Shown here piece by piece: positions 31,090-44,120 of a stretch of DNA of 64,000 nucleotides; positions within the stretch are counted from its first letter, which is position 1; each line of letters opens with the position of its first letter. Where the stretch lies: assembly GCF_009914755.1 (NCBI RefSeq), contig NC_060928.1; one strand, written 5' to 3'. The notes beneath the pieces were generated by a model. That model saw only the letters and a program-made list of their open reading frames with translations. It had not been told where the DNA came from and ran no database searches. The stretch comes from the human T2T-CHM13v2.0 reference genome, Homo sapiens. The position numbers and the translations under genes are program-made.

Positions 31090-31340
31090 CTGTTAAAAGA
31101 AAAAAAGGAGAAACATTAGAATCATAAGACATAAAAAAATTAACAGTAATATTGTTAAGGAAATTTTGCTCTGATTCAAAATATTGCAATTTCTTTAAAA
31201 TTATCTAAATCATGTTTCCCACTAACTGCTAAAATTATTCAAAATACTAACACTGTGATTATTGTAATCAAAATTATTAAATCCTTTAATTTATCAAGAT
31301 GAAACTGTTCTGTCCTGCCCCCCAAAAAAACTCCAGAATG

Positions 31341-31632
31341 GGTCAGGTGCCGTGGCTCATACCTGTAATCCCAGCACTTTGAGAGGCCAAGGCGGGTGGA
31401 TTACTTGAGGCCAGCAGTTCGAGACCAGCCTGGCCAACATGGCAAAACCCCCATCTCTATTAAAAATACAAAAATTAGCCAGGTGTGGTGCTGTGCGCCT
31501 GTAATCCCAGCTACTCAGGAGGCTGAGGCATGAGAATCACTTGAACACAGGAGGCAGAGGTTGTAGTGAGCTGAGACTGGGCCACTGTACCTCAGGCCTG
31601 GGTGACACAGTAAGACTCTATTTCAAAAAAAT
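31341..31632 (+). mobile_element. AluS
   Basis: Full Alu; aactccagaa on both sides. Confidence 0.92.
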
Positions 31633-32567
31633 ACATAACTCCAGAACAGAAAAACTCCCTTTCATTGCTACCTGCCCCTGCCAGATACACAATTTGTTTA
31701 ACTTCTTCATGTTCTTGATGATAGTCCCCAAAAAGAAAGCGTCAAAGACCAAGCCAAGCAAAATTCCATTTACTCAATCACACATGCAACTTCCAGCCAG
31801 CTCTGTTTTCCCCTTCACTGGGGTAAATGCCTCCAGTAGAGGCAGCACACAGAATTGAGAGTTATGTGAGGTGGACTTAAAATATTCACAGAAAGCTTCC
31901 ATTCAGAGTCTATTATTAAATATTCTAATTTTCTTCCCCATTTGCCTGCCCTCCCTGCCTGCTGTAGATCTGCCTGCAGCAATTAACTAACAGCCCATCA
32001 AGACTCCCTGCTCCAAAATCATCCACACCTTTAAGCATAGTTATCCCACACTTGGGAATTTATCCTAGGGAAAAATCTAAAAGAAGACAAAGCAGTATGT
32101 GCAAAGATAATATAATGCAGCCACTAAAAATTATTACAAACACAATGTAGAAATAAAAAATATTTGCTGAATAATATTAACAGATGAATTCCACACAAAA
32201 GTTGCATAAAGACTAAGGTTACTTTTTCTTCTTTGGTAGGTATTCATATGACAAAGAATAGAAGAAAAAGTAGAGAAATTAAGAACATCGTATTTGAGAT
32301 GCCAGCCATCCCTTGGCCTTAGTCTCTGAAAATTCTTTTATCTAATGTTCTGAAACCCCAGCTCTAGCCACAAGCTTTGGGGTCCCCACCCCACTCCCAG
32401 GAACCTGCTCTGCATCCTCATTGTCACCACAGGACTTCCACACCTGCCTCATTCACCTGGGCCATCAGCACCTCCCATCTGACTAAAGGACTGGCTGTCA
32501 TCTCCCCAGTGCATATTTATATCCCCCAACATATGCACACACTAGAACCCCACACCCCCTTGACACT

Positions 32568-32948
32568 TGATATGGTCCGGCTCTGTGTCCCCACCCAAAT
32601 CTCATCTCAGCATTGTAATCCCTACAATCCCCATGTGTTGAGGGCAGGACCTAGTGGGAGGTGATTGGATCATGGCCGCAGTTTCCCACATGCTGTTCTT
32701 GTGACAGTGAGTGAGTTCTCAGGAGATCTGATGGTTTTATAAGGGGCTCTTTCCCTTTTACTCATTTCTGCTCGCTCTCTCTCTCTTGCCTGACGCCATG
32801 TAAGATGTGCCTCTTTCCTTTTTGCCATGATTGTAAGTTTCCTGAGGCCTCCCCAGTCATTCAGAACTGAGTCAATTAAACCTCTTTTCTTTATAAATTA
32901 CCCAGTCTTTGGTATGTCTTTATAGCAGTGTGAGAATGGACTAATACA
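32568..32948 (+). mobile_element. MSTA/THE1-type MaLR solo LTR
   Basis: tgatatggt...tgtgtccccacccaaatctcatct ... gaatggactaataca; near-TSD acact/acagt. Confidence 0.9.
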
Positions 32949-34222
32949 ACAGTTTTGTCAGTCCCCAGTTCCGTCCACACCTTTCCCTATTCCCTTCATG
33001 CCTGGCTATGGAAGGTCACACACACAATCCTAACTGCCATTTCTATGCCCAGCCAGGCTTTCGCTGCTGCTCATCAGCCCTTGTGTATATCTGTAGTGAA
33101 GAGAACCCAGCGGCCTCTAGGGTCACTACCAGTGCCCTCAAAACTACAAACTTCCCATTCCCTTTGCCTCGGTGGACTCACTCCCTCTCTGCTTTACAGA
33201 GGAGACAGCAGTTATCCAGGGGCACATCCCCAAATTCTTCCTTCTGCAGTTCAAGAAAATGCTAAGATTTTACCCTTTTTGCTTTTCTTTTACCTTGTCT
33301 CTAAGAGAAAAGTTAAAAAGACACAATGGTTGAGACACTATCGTTGGCACTGAACACATGTTATCTCATTCTGTGCTCACAATATCCCTGTGAGGTACAC
33401 ATTATTCTCCTCATTTTACAGATGAGGAAACTGCAGCTGAGACAAGTTATGTACATTACCCAGGCCCTGAGCTGAAAGGGTACATTTTGGGTACATTACC
33501 CAAAGCCAGCTAGACTGTGAGAGATGCCCGAGATGCAAAGCAGTAAGAGGACTCATGGAGCCAAGTCCCACCATGGACAAAAGGGGTTCTAAGCAGCCTT
33601 TCCACCAGAGCAGGGAGAAGGAAGGACATCCTCTCTGGTCATTCTCTGCTAAGGGCTTCTCCCACCCTGCCTACAGACGCATTCAGGGCTCTCCTATCCA
33701 AACCGGGAAGCATGCTTTTCACCTGCTGCTACTCTAACCCTTCTCCTCTGTTCCTAAAAGAGAAGACAGTGCACCCTCAGTTTTCATTTCTTTACCACCC
33801 ACTCCCTCCTTAACCACTTGCATCTGCCTCCCACCTCATAGCCTGCTAAGGCTGTTATCGAAAACATTACTGATGATCAAACCAAACGGTCTTCTCTGAA
33901 TTGTAAGCCACCTTCTGAGATTTGCAAGTGCTGACACTCTTCTGCGCCCTTAGTGGCCCTGACTTTGGGTTGTCCTGGTTTTCCTTTTCTCCCTTCCCTT
34001 CAGTTTCTCACAGGACAACACCTGTCATGTGTCAACAACTGTGTGAAGAATGACAAAAAGACAATAGGAAAAGCTCATTTCCTGAGCTTGTAGCCGCAGA
34101 ATTGGGCCAGGTGCTTTTAATCCTCACAGCTGCTCTGCAAGGTAAGGATTACTACACCCATTTTACTGACAAAGAAACTAAAATTAAGTAATGTGCCCAA
34201 GTTTACTTGTGGAACAGACTGA

Positions 34223-34588
<366 letters not shown>

Positions 34589-35043
34589 TACATATAAAAA
34601 AGATGCTAAGAGAGCACAGAGAACAATGGCTTACATTTCAGAAGAGGAATGGCAGGAAGAGAAATCTCAGCGAAATGAACAGTAGATGCAAAGAAAAAAC
34701 ACATTCCACCTGACCTCAGTTTCCTCATCTGTAAAATGGGAATAATAATAGTATCTATTTCCTAGGTTTGTTATGAGAATTAAATGAGTTAATATTTGCA
34801 AAGTGCTTAGAAGAATGTCTGGCCCATCTGCATGTATTTAGTAAATAACTGTCTAGCTCTAGGAGCAGCAGGCCATGGTCTGCTTTCAAAACACCCATAT
34901 CTCCATGTACCACCTGGCCTGGCTTCTAAAAGCAGCTGTCAGATGTGGATAAATAGATATAAGAAAATTTGGGATGACTTGATTTTACTTATGTCCCCTA
35001 AATTCATACTCTGTGATATATAATCTCCTAATATCCTGTACGG

Positions 35044-35123
35044 TTAGGCTGGTGCAAAAGTAATTGTAATTTTTGCCATTAAAAGCAATGGCAAAAGCTG
35101 CAATTACTTTTGCACCAACCTAA
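35044..35123. mobile_element. MADE1 (Hsmar1 mariner MITE)
   Basis: 80 bp: 37-bp TIRs ttaggctggtgcaaaagtaattg.../...caattacttttgcaccaacctaa with a 6-bp spacer. Confidence 0.92.
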
Positions 35124-35189
35124 CAATATTTGGACTGACTTTCTCCAAATATCTTGTTATGAAACTAGCAGATACAGGTTCACATGTAA

Positions 35190-36115
35190 GTTGATCACTC
35201 ATTCTTTTATTTATTCTGCCAGCAAATACTATGGGACACCAACCCAACTGGGCAACAAGCACCATGCTGAGTGCTGGAGTTTCAAAGTTATGAAAGGAGG
35301 GTTGAGGGTCTCTTCAAGAGGATTTCATAATATGATGGGTGGAAGGGGAAGAGGGATGATTCACAGTCTAGTAATGATCAAGCAATGTTCTCTTGTGGTA
35401 TCCTACAGAGTGGGGCAGTGATGGGGCCACAAGAAGATGGGGAAGATTCAGGAAGGAAGTGATATTTTGATTTTATTTTTAAAGGATAAGTATGAGTTTT
35501 CCTACAGAGATAATGGAGAGAGTTTCAGGCTGCAAAACAACAAAGTGCTGAGTATTTAGGGAACAGAAAGAAATTCACTGTGGTTGAAGCTCAGGGTGCT
35601 TTAGGAGGCTTGTAGGGAATGACACCAAAGAGGCTGTCTGAGGCCACATTAGGAAGATGCTTCTGCACCAGCCTTACAAGTTTGGATTTATTCTGAGCAG
35701 TTTTACATGGAGAATCAGGAGTGCAGTACTGCGGTGTGTTTTTAAAAATATAATGATTAACGGCAGGTGAAGAGTGAGTGTTGACAGGGAGGCTGGCTGG
35801 GCAACTGCCGTAATAGTTCAGGTGAGAGATGAAGTTCTAAACCAAGTCAGTGGCAGTAAAGTAAGAAAAGCAAAGACACCAGATAATTTAGAAGGCAGAG
35901 TTCACAAAACTTTGTGACCACTTAGATATGGGGATTAAGAGTAGAGAAGGACTGAGGGGGGCTAACGGATTTTGAGTTTGAGTGACCAGGAAACACGGAC
36001 ACCATGAATCATGAGAAGGAACACAGAAGGACAATCAGGTGCGAGGAGGCAGGGCTGGGAAATGTTTGAGTGACAATTGAACAACCAGGTGAAAGTTAAA
36101 ATATGGGTCCAGAAC
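35190..36115 (-). mobile_element. L2 relic
   Basis: cactcattc...agcaaatac end followed by purine-rich L2 ORF2 antisense motifs. Confidence 0.6.
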
Positions 36116-36304
36116 TCAGAAATGCTTAGCACTGTCTTTATAGATAAAGACAATTCTGCTGCAGAAATGCTTAGCGCCATCTTTATAAAGACAATTCTGC
36201 TTTTCACAACACATATACAGTATATATAGTGGCAGCTTATTCTAGCCACATCTGAAGGTAACCCTGGGAGGTTAGGCAGGGCTGCGGAAAAAAAGGATTG
36301 GAAG

Positions 36305-36658
<354 letters not shown>

Positions 36659-36914
36659 TTACTGAGTGAGGCATGCTATCCCATGCACTTTCTCCCCGAG
36701 CCCACTTTAACTCCTGACATGCCAGCTTTTTAAAGCTTTTCCACAGTGGGGCCCTTTAGGAATAAAAGCTTTAGGAAATGATTTCTGAGCAGTTACCGTA
36801 GAAGGAACTCACAGTTTCTCCTCCATTTAGACTATTCTTTAGAATTTCTTCAGTAAGAAAATACTTCATGATTCATGGCATATGCTATATGCTATTGTTA
36901 ATATTGTGGCCCAT

Positions 36915-37210
36915 CTGGGTGGAGTTGCTCATGCCTGTAATCCCAGCACTTTAGGAGGCCAAGGCAGGCAGATCACTTGAGGTCAGAAGTTTGAGACCAG
37001 CCTGCCCAACATGGGAAAACCCCATCTCTACTAAAGATACAAAAAAATTACCCAGGCTTGGTGGCAAATACCTGTAATCCCAGCTACTCTGGAGGCTGAG
37101 GCATGAGAATCTCTTGAACTCAGGAGGTGGAGGTTGCAGTGAGCCAAGATCGCACCACTGCCCTCCAGCCTAGGTGACAGAGCGAGACTCCATCTCAAAA
37201 AAAAAAAAAA
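36915..37210 (+). mobile_element. AluS
   Basis: Full Alu; attgtggccca on both sides. Confidence 0.93.
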
Positions 37211-37440
37211 ATTGTGGCCCAAGGGGAAATATCCAAGGTCATTACTTTTTTTTGTGTTATATTTCCTTTCTATTCTATAGCCTTTGCCCTGCTTACTAGA
37301 CTGAAAATCATGATAAAGCTGAGACTTTCCCTGACTCACCTTTGAATCCTCTATGAATCTGCCGAGCTAAGAAGACCACCTGACACTTAGTGGATACTAA
37401 TTCAACAGTGTGCTGACCCAGTATGCAAAGGACCATGGGC

Positions 37441-37447
<7 letters not shown>

Positions 37448-37486
<39 letters not shown>
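37448..37486. repeat. (TG)n microsatellite
   Basis: Direct reading. Confidence 0.95.
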
Positions 37487-37488
<2 letters not shown>

Positions 37489-38236
37489 TCTCTTGCACAC
37501 TTTGCAAAGCTTGAAAATGGAAGTAAGCAATGACCATTTTATATATTGTAAACCAGCGTATATGGGAAAATGAGGCATTAAGATGAAATATAACTTGCTT
37601 TAAACTACACATCAACTGAATGGCAGAACTCGGAGTTAGATGGATGAGATTCTGTCCCCCAGCAAGACTTACAAGGTACACTGTTTTCCTTTAATTTCCA
37701 GAATACTCTGTATTTTAATAATACAAATATCCATCCTAATCTAAAGAAATTAAGTGAGAAAAAAATGTATACAAATAACCAGGCTGGTCTCAGGTGATCT
37801 GAGAAGTCATTTATCTCAGGACACCCTCTTGTCCTTTTCCCAAGGCATCCAGAGTCCCCACCACACACAGGGAAAGGCTTGCCAGGGTGTCCCTCCAATA
37901 TTCCAAATGATTCGTCCCTTTCCCACATCACAAATTTTATTCCTGATGTGGCTGTTCCCAGGGTCTTGTGGCAGAGGAAATCTCCTGGGTGAATCATGTC
38001 TGCATTGCAAGAGGACCTCAGAGAAGGAGCATGAGCTTTGGAGACAAGCAGATCCTGACTTCTAGCCTCTGCTTTGCCACTTATAAGCCATACGACCTAG
38101 GGCAATCCCAGTTTTCTCTCTGTGCTTCAGTTCCTTTCTCCGTAGAAATAGGACAATGCTGCTCTCTTTGCCAAGCTATCAGCAGGATTAAAGATAATGT
38201 TCATAGGTGCTTAACAGTGTCTGACACATGGAACTC

Positions 38237-38753
38237 TGTGATGGTTAATTTCATGTGTCAACTTGAGTAGGCTAAGGGATACTCAGACGGCTGGTAAAAC
38301 GTTATTTCCAGGTGTCTGTGAAGGTGTTCCTGGAAGAGATTAGCATTTCAATCAGCTGAGTGAGTAAAGAAGATCCACCTCTGCCATCGCAGATGGGCAT
38401 CATCCAATCCGATGAGGGGGCAAATAGAACAAACAAAGGCAAAGGGAAAGCGAACTCTTTTCTTAAAGCTGGGATGTCCATCTTCTCCTGCTCTCAGACT
38501 TTGGTGCTCCTGGCTCTCCAGACTCCAAGGCTTCCACCAGCAGCCTCCTCCCCTACTCCTGGTTCTCAGGCCTTTGGACTTGGTCTGAATTACACAATTA
38601 GCTTTTCTGTGTCTCCACATTGCAGATGGCAGATTGTGGGACTTCTCAGCCTCCATAATCTATTGCGTGAGCCCATTTCCATAATAAATCTCCTCATATA
38701 CATCTATATGTATCCTATTGGTTCTGTTTCTCTAGAGAACCCTGATTAATACA
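38237..38753 (+). mobile_element. MLT2 (B/C/D type) solo LTR
   Basis: tgtgatggttaatttcatgtgtcaacttg ... gaaccctgattaataca; perfect 5-bp TSD aactc at 38232-38236 and 38754-38758. Confidence 0.9.
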
Positions 38754-39684
38754 AACTCACTCCCCAAATAGTAGCATATACTGTCAGTTTTCACAGTAAC
38801 CCTAGGAAGTTGCAGGAAACTGAGCACTGAGAGGCTATGAGACTGGCTAAGGATTGTAGAGGCTGAGCCAGAATTGAACTAAAATCCCTCAAAAACAGTA
38901 ATGCTTTTACCTGACTCCAGGTCTGTAAAGCTTGAATAGTTATGGACTTTTATTATTAAAAAAAAGAATATTATCATGTCCATAGCTAACAATTATAGAA
39001 CACTTACTATAAACCAGCAATACATTAGCCTCTTAATGTGGATTATCTCAGTGAATCCTCACAGCATTATAACATGAGAATTACTGTCACCCCCATTTTG
39101 CAGATGGAGAAATCAATACATAGAGAGTATAATTAACTTGCCCAAAGTCACACAATAATCCAGGATTTGAACTTTAATTCCAATCCTGAATTTGTAAGTG
39201 CCACCTATACCTAAGTAACTTGGTATCATTTAACTATGTGCAAACATAAATTCAGTAGAAATTTCTTAAACTTATAGCTTGTATACAACTATAAAATCAA
39301 AGAAAGTTCACAAATTAAATACAAACAAAACTATACAGCAAATAAAGTGAAATTAACATTACTTGGATGTGACAGATGGGGTGTTGGCTGGAATTGAATC
39401 TCTCCGTAAGTAGTTCTCTTGCCATCCACATGCTTATATTACTGTGTGCCACATGACACCCTCTCCCACCTCTTTTCTCAATTCAATTATAAAGAACCTC
39501 TGTTTGTACATATATTGCTATCCTATCATTAGGCCTCATTTTGCACCACTGAATTGTTTTGTGTTCAGTCTGTCTGTGTTCTTTCTCAACAGGCCACAAC
39601 AATTAAAACAGATCTCAAACACAAACCCAAAGCAGACTGCTGAAATGGCATGTTTAGCAACAAAGGACCAGGCAGACAAAAAAA

Positions 39685-39687
<3 letters not shown>

Positions 39688-39723
<36 letters not shown>
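39688..39723. repeat. (CA)n microsatellite
   Basis: Direct reading. Confidence 0.95.
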
Positions 39724-39724
<1 letters not shown>

Positions 39725-40691
39725 TAAATATTATTGAGGGATAAAATATTTCATCAAATTAAGAAGACAAAATTTAGAACTTGCGGTCTTCAACACATGC
39801 ATAGCACTAAACCTGTGGCTAACATTCATTGCATTCCCTCACGACAATTTGTATTTAGTTTGTGAACTTGGTTTAGTCCTTCAGCCATGTTCATTAAATA
39901 TTGACTGCTGTGTCCTTTTACCATCTGCAAAGCACAGATATCAAAGTACCATAATAGAGACTTGAAAACACACACACACACAATCCGTTGCCCTTATGGA
40001 ATGTACAAAAACCCAACATCTTCTAGGGTTACAGAGACAAATGATCATATTTACAATGAAAGTTCGGGTGAGTCAATAGTGAAAGACTAAAGAGTTCCAG
40101 TCAACTGTTTAACAGAAAAGAAAATGAATGACATATTCTACTAAAAACACCAAATGACCCTAAAAGGCCTATTCTATTCATACATGTAGTCTTTTCCCTT
40201 TCCACTCAGAACAGATTTAGAAGAATGGGTCTTAAGTACAGCAGAACACATTAATTAAGAGAAACGAAAAAAAGGATGGATTTGACATTTTTCTTGTGAA
40301 TACTGGGAATAATTTTTTACATAGAGCTTTCTAAGAGAAGTCAAATGAATAGAATTTAGAGGCACTTCCAATTTGATGATTCTATGAGAAACTGCTGCCT
40401 CTTTACCAAGGACAAAATTCTAACAAAAACTTGGCATTCCATTACTTGGTATCTCATTATTTTTTCCTCCCTTTAAACTAGCTTATAATAGTAACTTATA
40501 TGGGTGATTTATATTTTATAAAGTGTTTTTACACTAAGGAGAAAAAGAAACATATTAAGAAACCAGTAATATATATATAAGCATGGCATAATATATACAT
40601 AAGCATGGCATAATTTTAAAGATTATAGTTTTTAAAGTAATATCCAGAATATAAACAGGAAGAGGAAAATCTCTATAAGAAATATGAAGGC

Positions 40692-42365
40692 TCTCCCTCT
40701 CCCTCCCCCTCCCCCTCTCCCATCTCCCTCCCCCTCCCCCTCTCCCATCTCCCTCTCCCTCTCCCTCTCCCGTCTCCCTCTCCCTCTCACCGGTCTCCCT
40801 CTGATGCCACCAAAGTTGTGAAAGCCGAGGCTGGACTGTACTGCCGCCATCTCGGCTCACTGCAACCTCCCTGCCAGATTCTCCTGCCTCAGCCTGCGGA
40901 GTGCCTGGGATTGCAGGCGCGCGCCGCCACACCTGACTGGTTTTTGCATTTTTTGGTGGAGACAGGGTTTCGCCATGTTGGCCGGGCTGGTCTCCAGCTC
41001 CTGACCGTGAGTGATCTGCCTGCCTCGGCCTCCCGAGGTGCCGGGATTGCAGACGGAGTCTCGCTCACTAGGTGCTCAACGTTGCCCAGGCTGGAGTGCA
41101 GTGGCGTGATCTCGGCTCGTTACAACCTCCACCTCCCAGCCGCCTGCCTTGGCCTCCCAAAGTGCCGAGATTGCAGCCTCTGCCTGGCCGCCACCCCGTC
41201 TGGGAAGTGAGGAGCGTCTCTGCCTGGCCACCCATCGTCTGGGATGTGAGGAGCCCCTCTGACCAGCCGCCCAGTCTGGGAAGTGAGGAGCGCCTCTTCC
41301 CGGCCGCCATCCCGTCTAGGAAGTGAGGAGTGTCTCTGCCTGGCCGCCCATCGTCTGAGATGTGGGGAGCGCCTCTGCCCCGCCGCCCCGTCTGGGATGT
41401 GAGGAGCGCCTCTGCCTGGCCGACCCCGTCTGGGAACTGAGGAGTGTCTCTGCCGGACCGCCACCCTGTCTGGGAGGTGAGGAGCGTCTCCGCCCGGCCG
41501 CCCCGTCTGAGAAGTGAGGAGCCCCTCTGCCCAGCAGCCGCCCCGTCTGGGAAGTGAGGAGCCCCTGCGCCTGGCAGCCTCCCCGTCTGCGAAGTGAGGA
41601 GCCCCTCCGCCCGGCAGCCGCCCCGTCCAGGAGGTGGGGGGCAGCCCCCGCCCGGTCAGCCGCCCCGTCCGGGAGGGAGGTGGGGGGTCAGCCCCCGCCC
41701 TGCCAGCCGCCCCATCTGGGAGGGAGGTTGGGGGGCGCCTCCGCCCAGCCACTGCCCCGTCTGGGAGGTGGGGGGCGCCTCTGCCCGGCCGCCCCGTCTG
41801 GGAAGTGAGGAGCCCCTCTGCGTGGCCGCCACCCCGTCTGGGAGGTGTACCCAACAGCTCATTGAGAACGGGCCATGATGACAATGGCGTTTTTGTCGAA
41901 TAGAAAAGGGGGAAATGTGGGGAAAAGAAAGAGAGATCAGATTGTTACTGTGTCTGTGTAGAAAGAAGTAGACCTGGGAGACTCCATTTTGTTCTGTACT
42001 AAGAAAAATTCTTCGGCCTTGGGATGCTGTTAATCTATAACCTTACCCCCAACCCGGTGCTCTCTGAAACATGTGCTGTGTCCACTCAGGGTTAAATGGA
42101 TTAAGGGCGGTGCAAGATGTGCTTTGTTAAACAGATGCTTGAAGGCAGCATGCTCGTTAAGAGTCATCACCACTCCCTAATCTCAAGTACCCAGGGACAC
42201 AAACATTGCGGAAGGCCGCAGGGTCCTCTGTCTAGGAAAACCAGAGACCCTTGTTCACATGTTTATCTGCTGACCTTCCCTCCACTATTGTCCTATTACC
42301 CTGCCAAATCCCCCTCTCTGAGAAACACCCAAGAATGATCAATAAATACTAAAAAAAAAAAAAAA
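40692..42365 (+). mobile_element. Full-length SVA retrotransposon (older subfamily, probably SVA_B-like)
   Basis: (CCCTCT)n head, antisense Alu-like region, GC-rich VNTR, SINE-R, AATAAA plus polyA; perfect TSD aagaaatatgaaggc at 40677-40691 and 42366-42380. Confidence 0.97.
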
Positions 42366-42829
42366 AAGAAATATGAAGGCAAAAATTTCATTTCCAAAAT
42401 CACAGAATCTTCATATAAGATCGTGTTGATGTAGGCAATTATAGTTTCTGAAGACATATTTTCACTGTATTTAAAATTCAAGTGTTGTTTTCTCCCCCTA
42501 AGTGATCTTATGACCACTTAAGACTTTTCCATACCTCCTGGCAACCCTCTTCACAACTCTCCTTTGTGGCCCCAGAGCTAAAACCTATCACCAGATGTGT
42601 TTTATTACGGTTGAAAGCAAAACTTACTAACCTATGTGTTTTGAATTAAGTCTAAAAGTGATTTAAATGGTTTAATTCTTAACATTAGTAGGAATTACAA
42701 TACATTGTGTAAAAATAAATGTATACAGATCTCTTACTGCCTAAGTTTCATGTAATAGACTTCTGAATTCAAGGAATGCCAAAATTAATAAATTCAATCC
42801 AAAGATTACAAATTCCCTTGGAGCAAGGA

Positions 42830-43240
42830 CTATGCTAGCGATCTCTGATTGCCACATTTTTCCTCCCCTTTCTGGGGAGTTGGCTCAGCTAGATTGCACT
42901 TCCTTATCTGCCATGCACTTAAGTGAGGCCATAAGACTGAGTTCTAGCCAAGGGGGGGCATGGAAAGAAGTGACATAACATTACTTCCCATCCTCTAAAA
43001 CCTTTCACACTATCCTTCCTGTTCCATCCCCTTCCTTGTCGCCCTACTGGACTCAAAAGATCCACTGAAAGATTGTGGGGACTGAAAAACAATGAAGCCA
43101 TTAAATGGAAGAGGTCTGGGTCCCTGAAACACCATGTAGAAGGCAGTTATATATAATGTAAGGAAGAAAGAAACTTTCTATTGTGGTAAGGCAGGAGTTT
43201 CAGGGTATTGTAAGCTATAGCAGTTAGCTATCTTAAAGAA
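42830..43240 (+). mobile_element. Old MLT1 LTR
   Basis: gactgagttctagccaa ... agaaactttctattgtggtaag ... tatagcagttagc. Confidence 0.55.
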
Positions 43241-43324
43241 TATATTCTAGATTAAGAGTACTCCACACCTCAGCTACTCAATGCCTCAGATTTTTTATTG
43301 ATAAAGAGACATGCTGAACTAAAT

Positions 43325-44120
43325 CAGTGTTTCCCAAAGAGTGCTCTGGTGGTTTCTGAGGGTTTTTTCCTTTATAATCTTCATTATTTAATTTTTTCCA
43401 TGCTCACTGCCAACAAGAAGAAGCAAACCTTCTTCCCAGTCATTCCAATACCTCTCAAAAGTAATTTAACAATTCAAGTGTTCTCTCTACACTGTATGAG
43501 TATTTAGAATACTCATACAAGCATATGTATGTATGTATGCTATACATACATATACACAGACATAAACATGCACGCGTATGTGTGCATTCACATACTTATA
43601 CAAGTACTTTCATTTATATTTGGGAGTGTGTTGCATTTTTTTCACTTTTATATACCATAGACATCTCAGGTCAATACATGCAGGACTAAAAGGAATTCTT
43701 TTTAATAGTACTAAAACTTTAAAGAAAATGTTTTCTTATGATGATGCTTGATGGAAAGTACACAGCAATATAACAAGGTGTGTGTGTGCATGTGTGTGTG
43801 TGTGTGCGCGCCCATGCATATGCGCGCACACACGCATGAATTGCCAGGAAAAAGATCAGTTAAATATCTCAAGCTGAGGTGGTTTTAGGTGGAACTTGGA
43901 TAAACATTTGTAATTACTGTATATAGTTTTATGATTACCTTTTATTCATGGTTTTTCATTTACTGACTGATACAGTTTCCTTTTCAAATAATTGTGTCTA
44001 AGGAAAAAAACATTAAATTATTTAAAGGAAAACATTAGATAAATAGTGCTTTACAGATGGCACATATATGGCAAATTCATCTAAGTAGTATATGTAACGG
44101 CTGAAGTTTGGGCAACACTG
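43325..44120. mobile_element. hAT-Charlie-type element with an internal L1/low-complexity insert
   Basis: Inverted termini cagtgtttcccaaa ... tttgggcaacactg. Confidence 0.5.

Noticed and set aside
38348-38749. 129-aa and 102-aa ORFs
   Set aside because: They lie entirely within the MLT2 LTR.
41200-41850. Regularly spaced repeats (tctgggaagtgaggagc) resembling a CRISPR array
   Set aside because: The units are SVA VNTR tandem copies without unique spacers; eukaryotic context and no cas genes.
40555-42338. Several long ORFs (up to 254 aa) on both strands
   Set aside because: They are translations of the GC-rich SVA Alu-like/VNTR region, with repetitive peptides and no domain.
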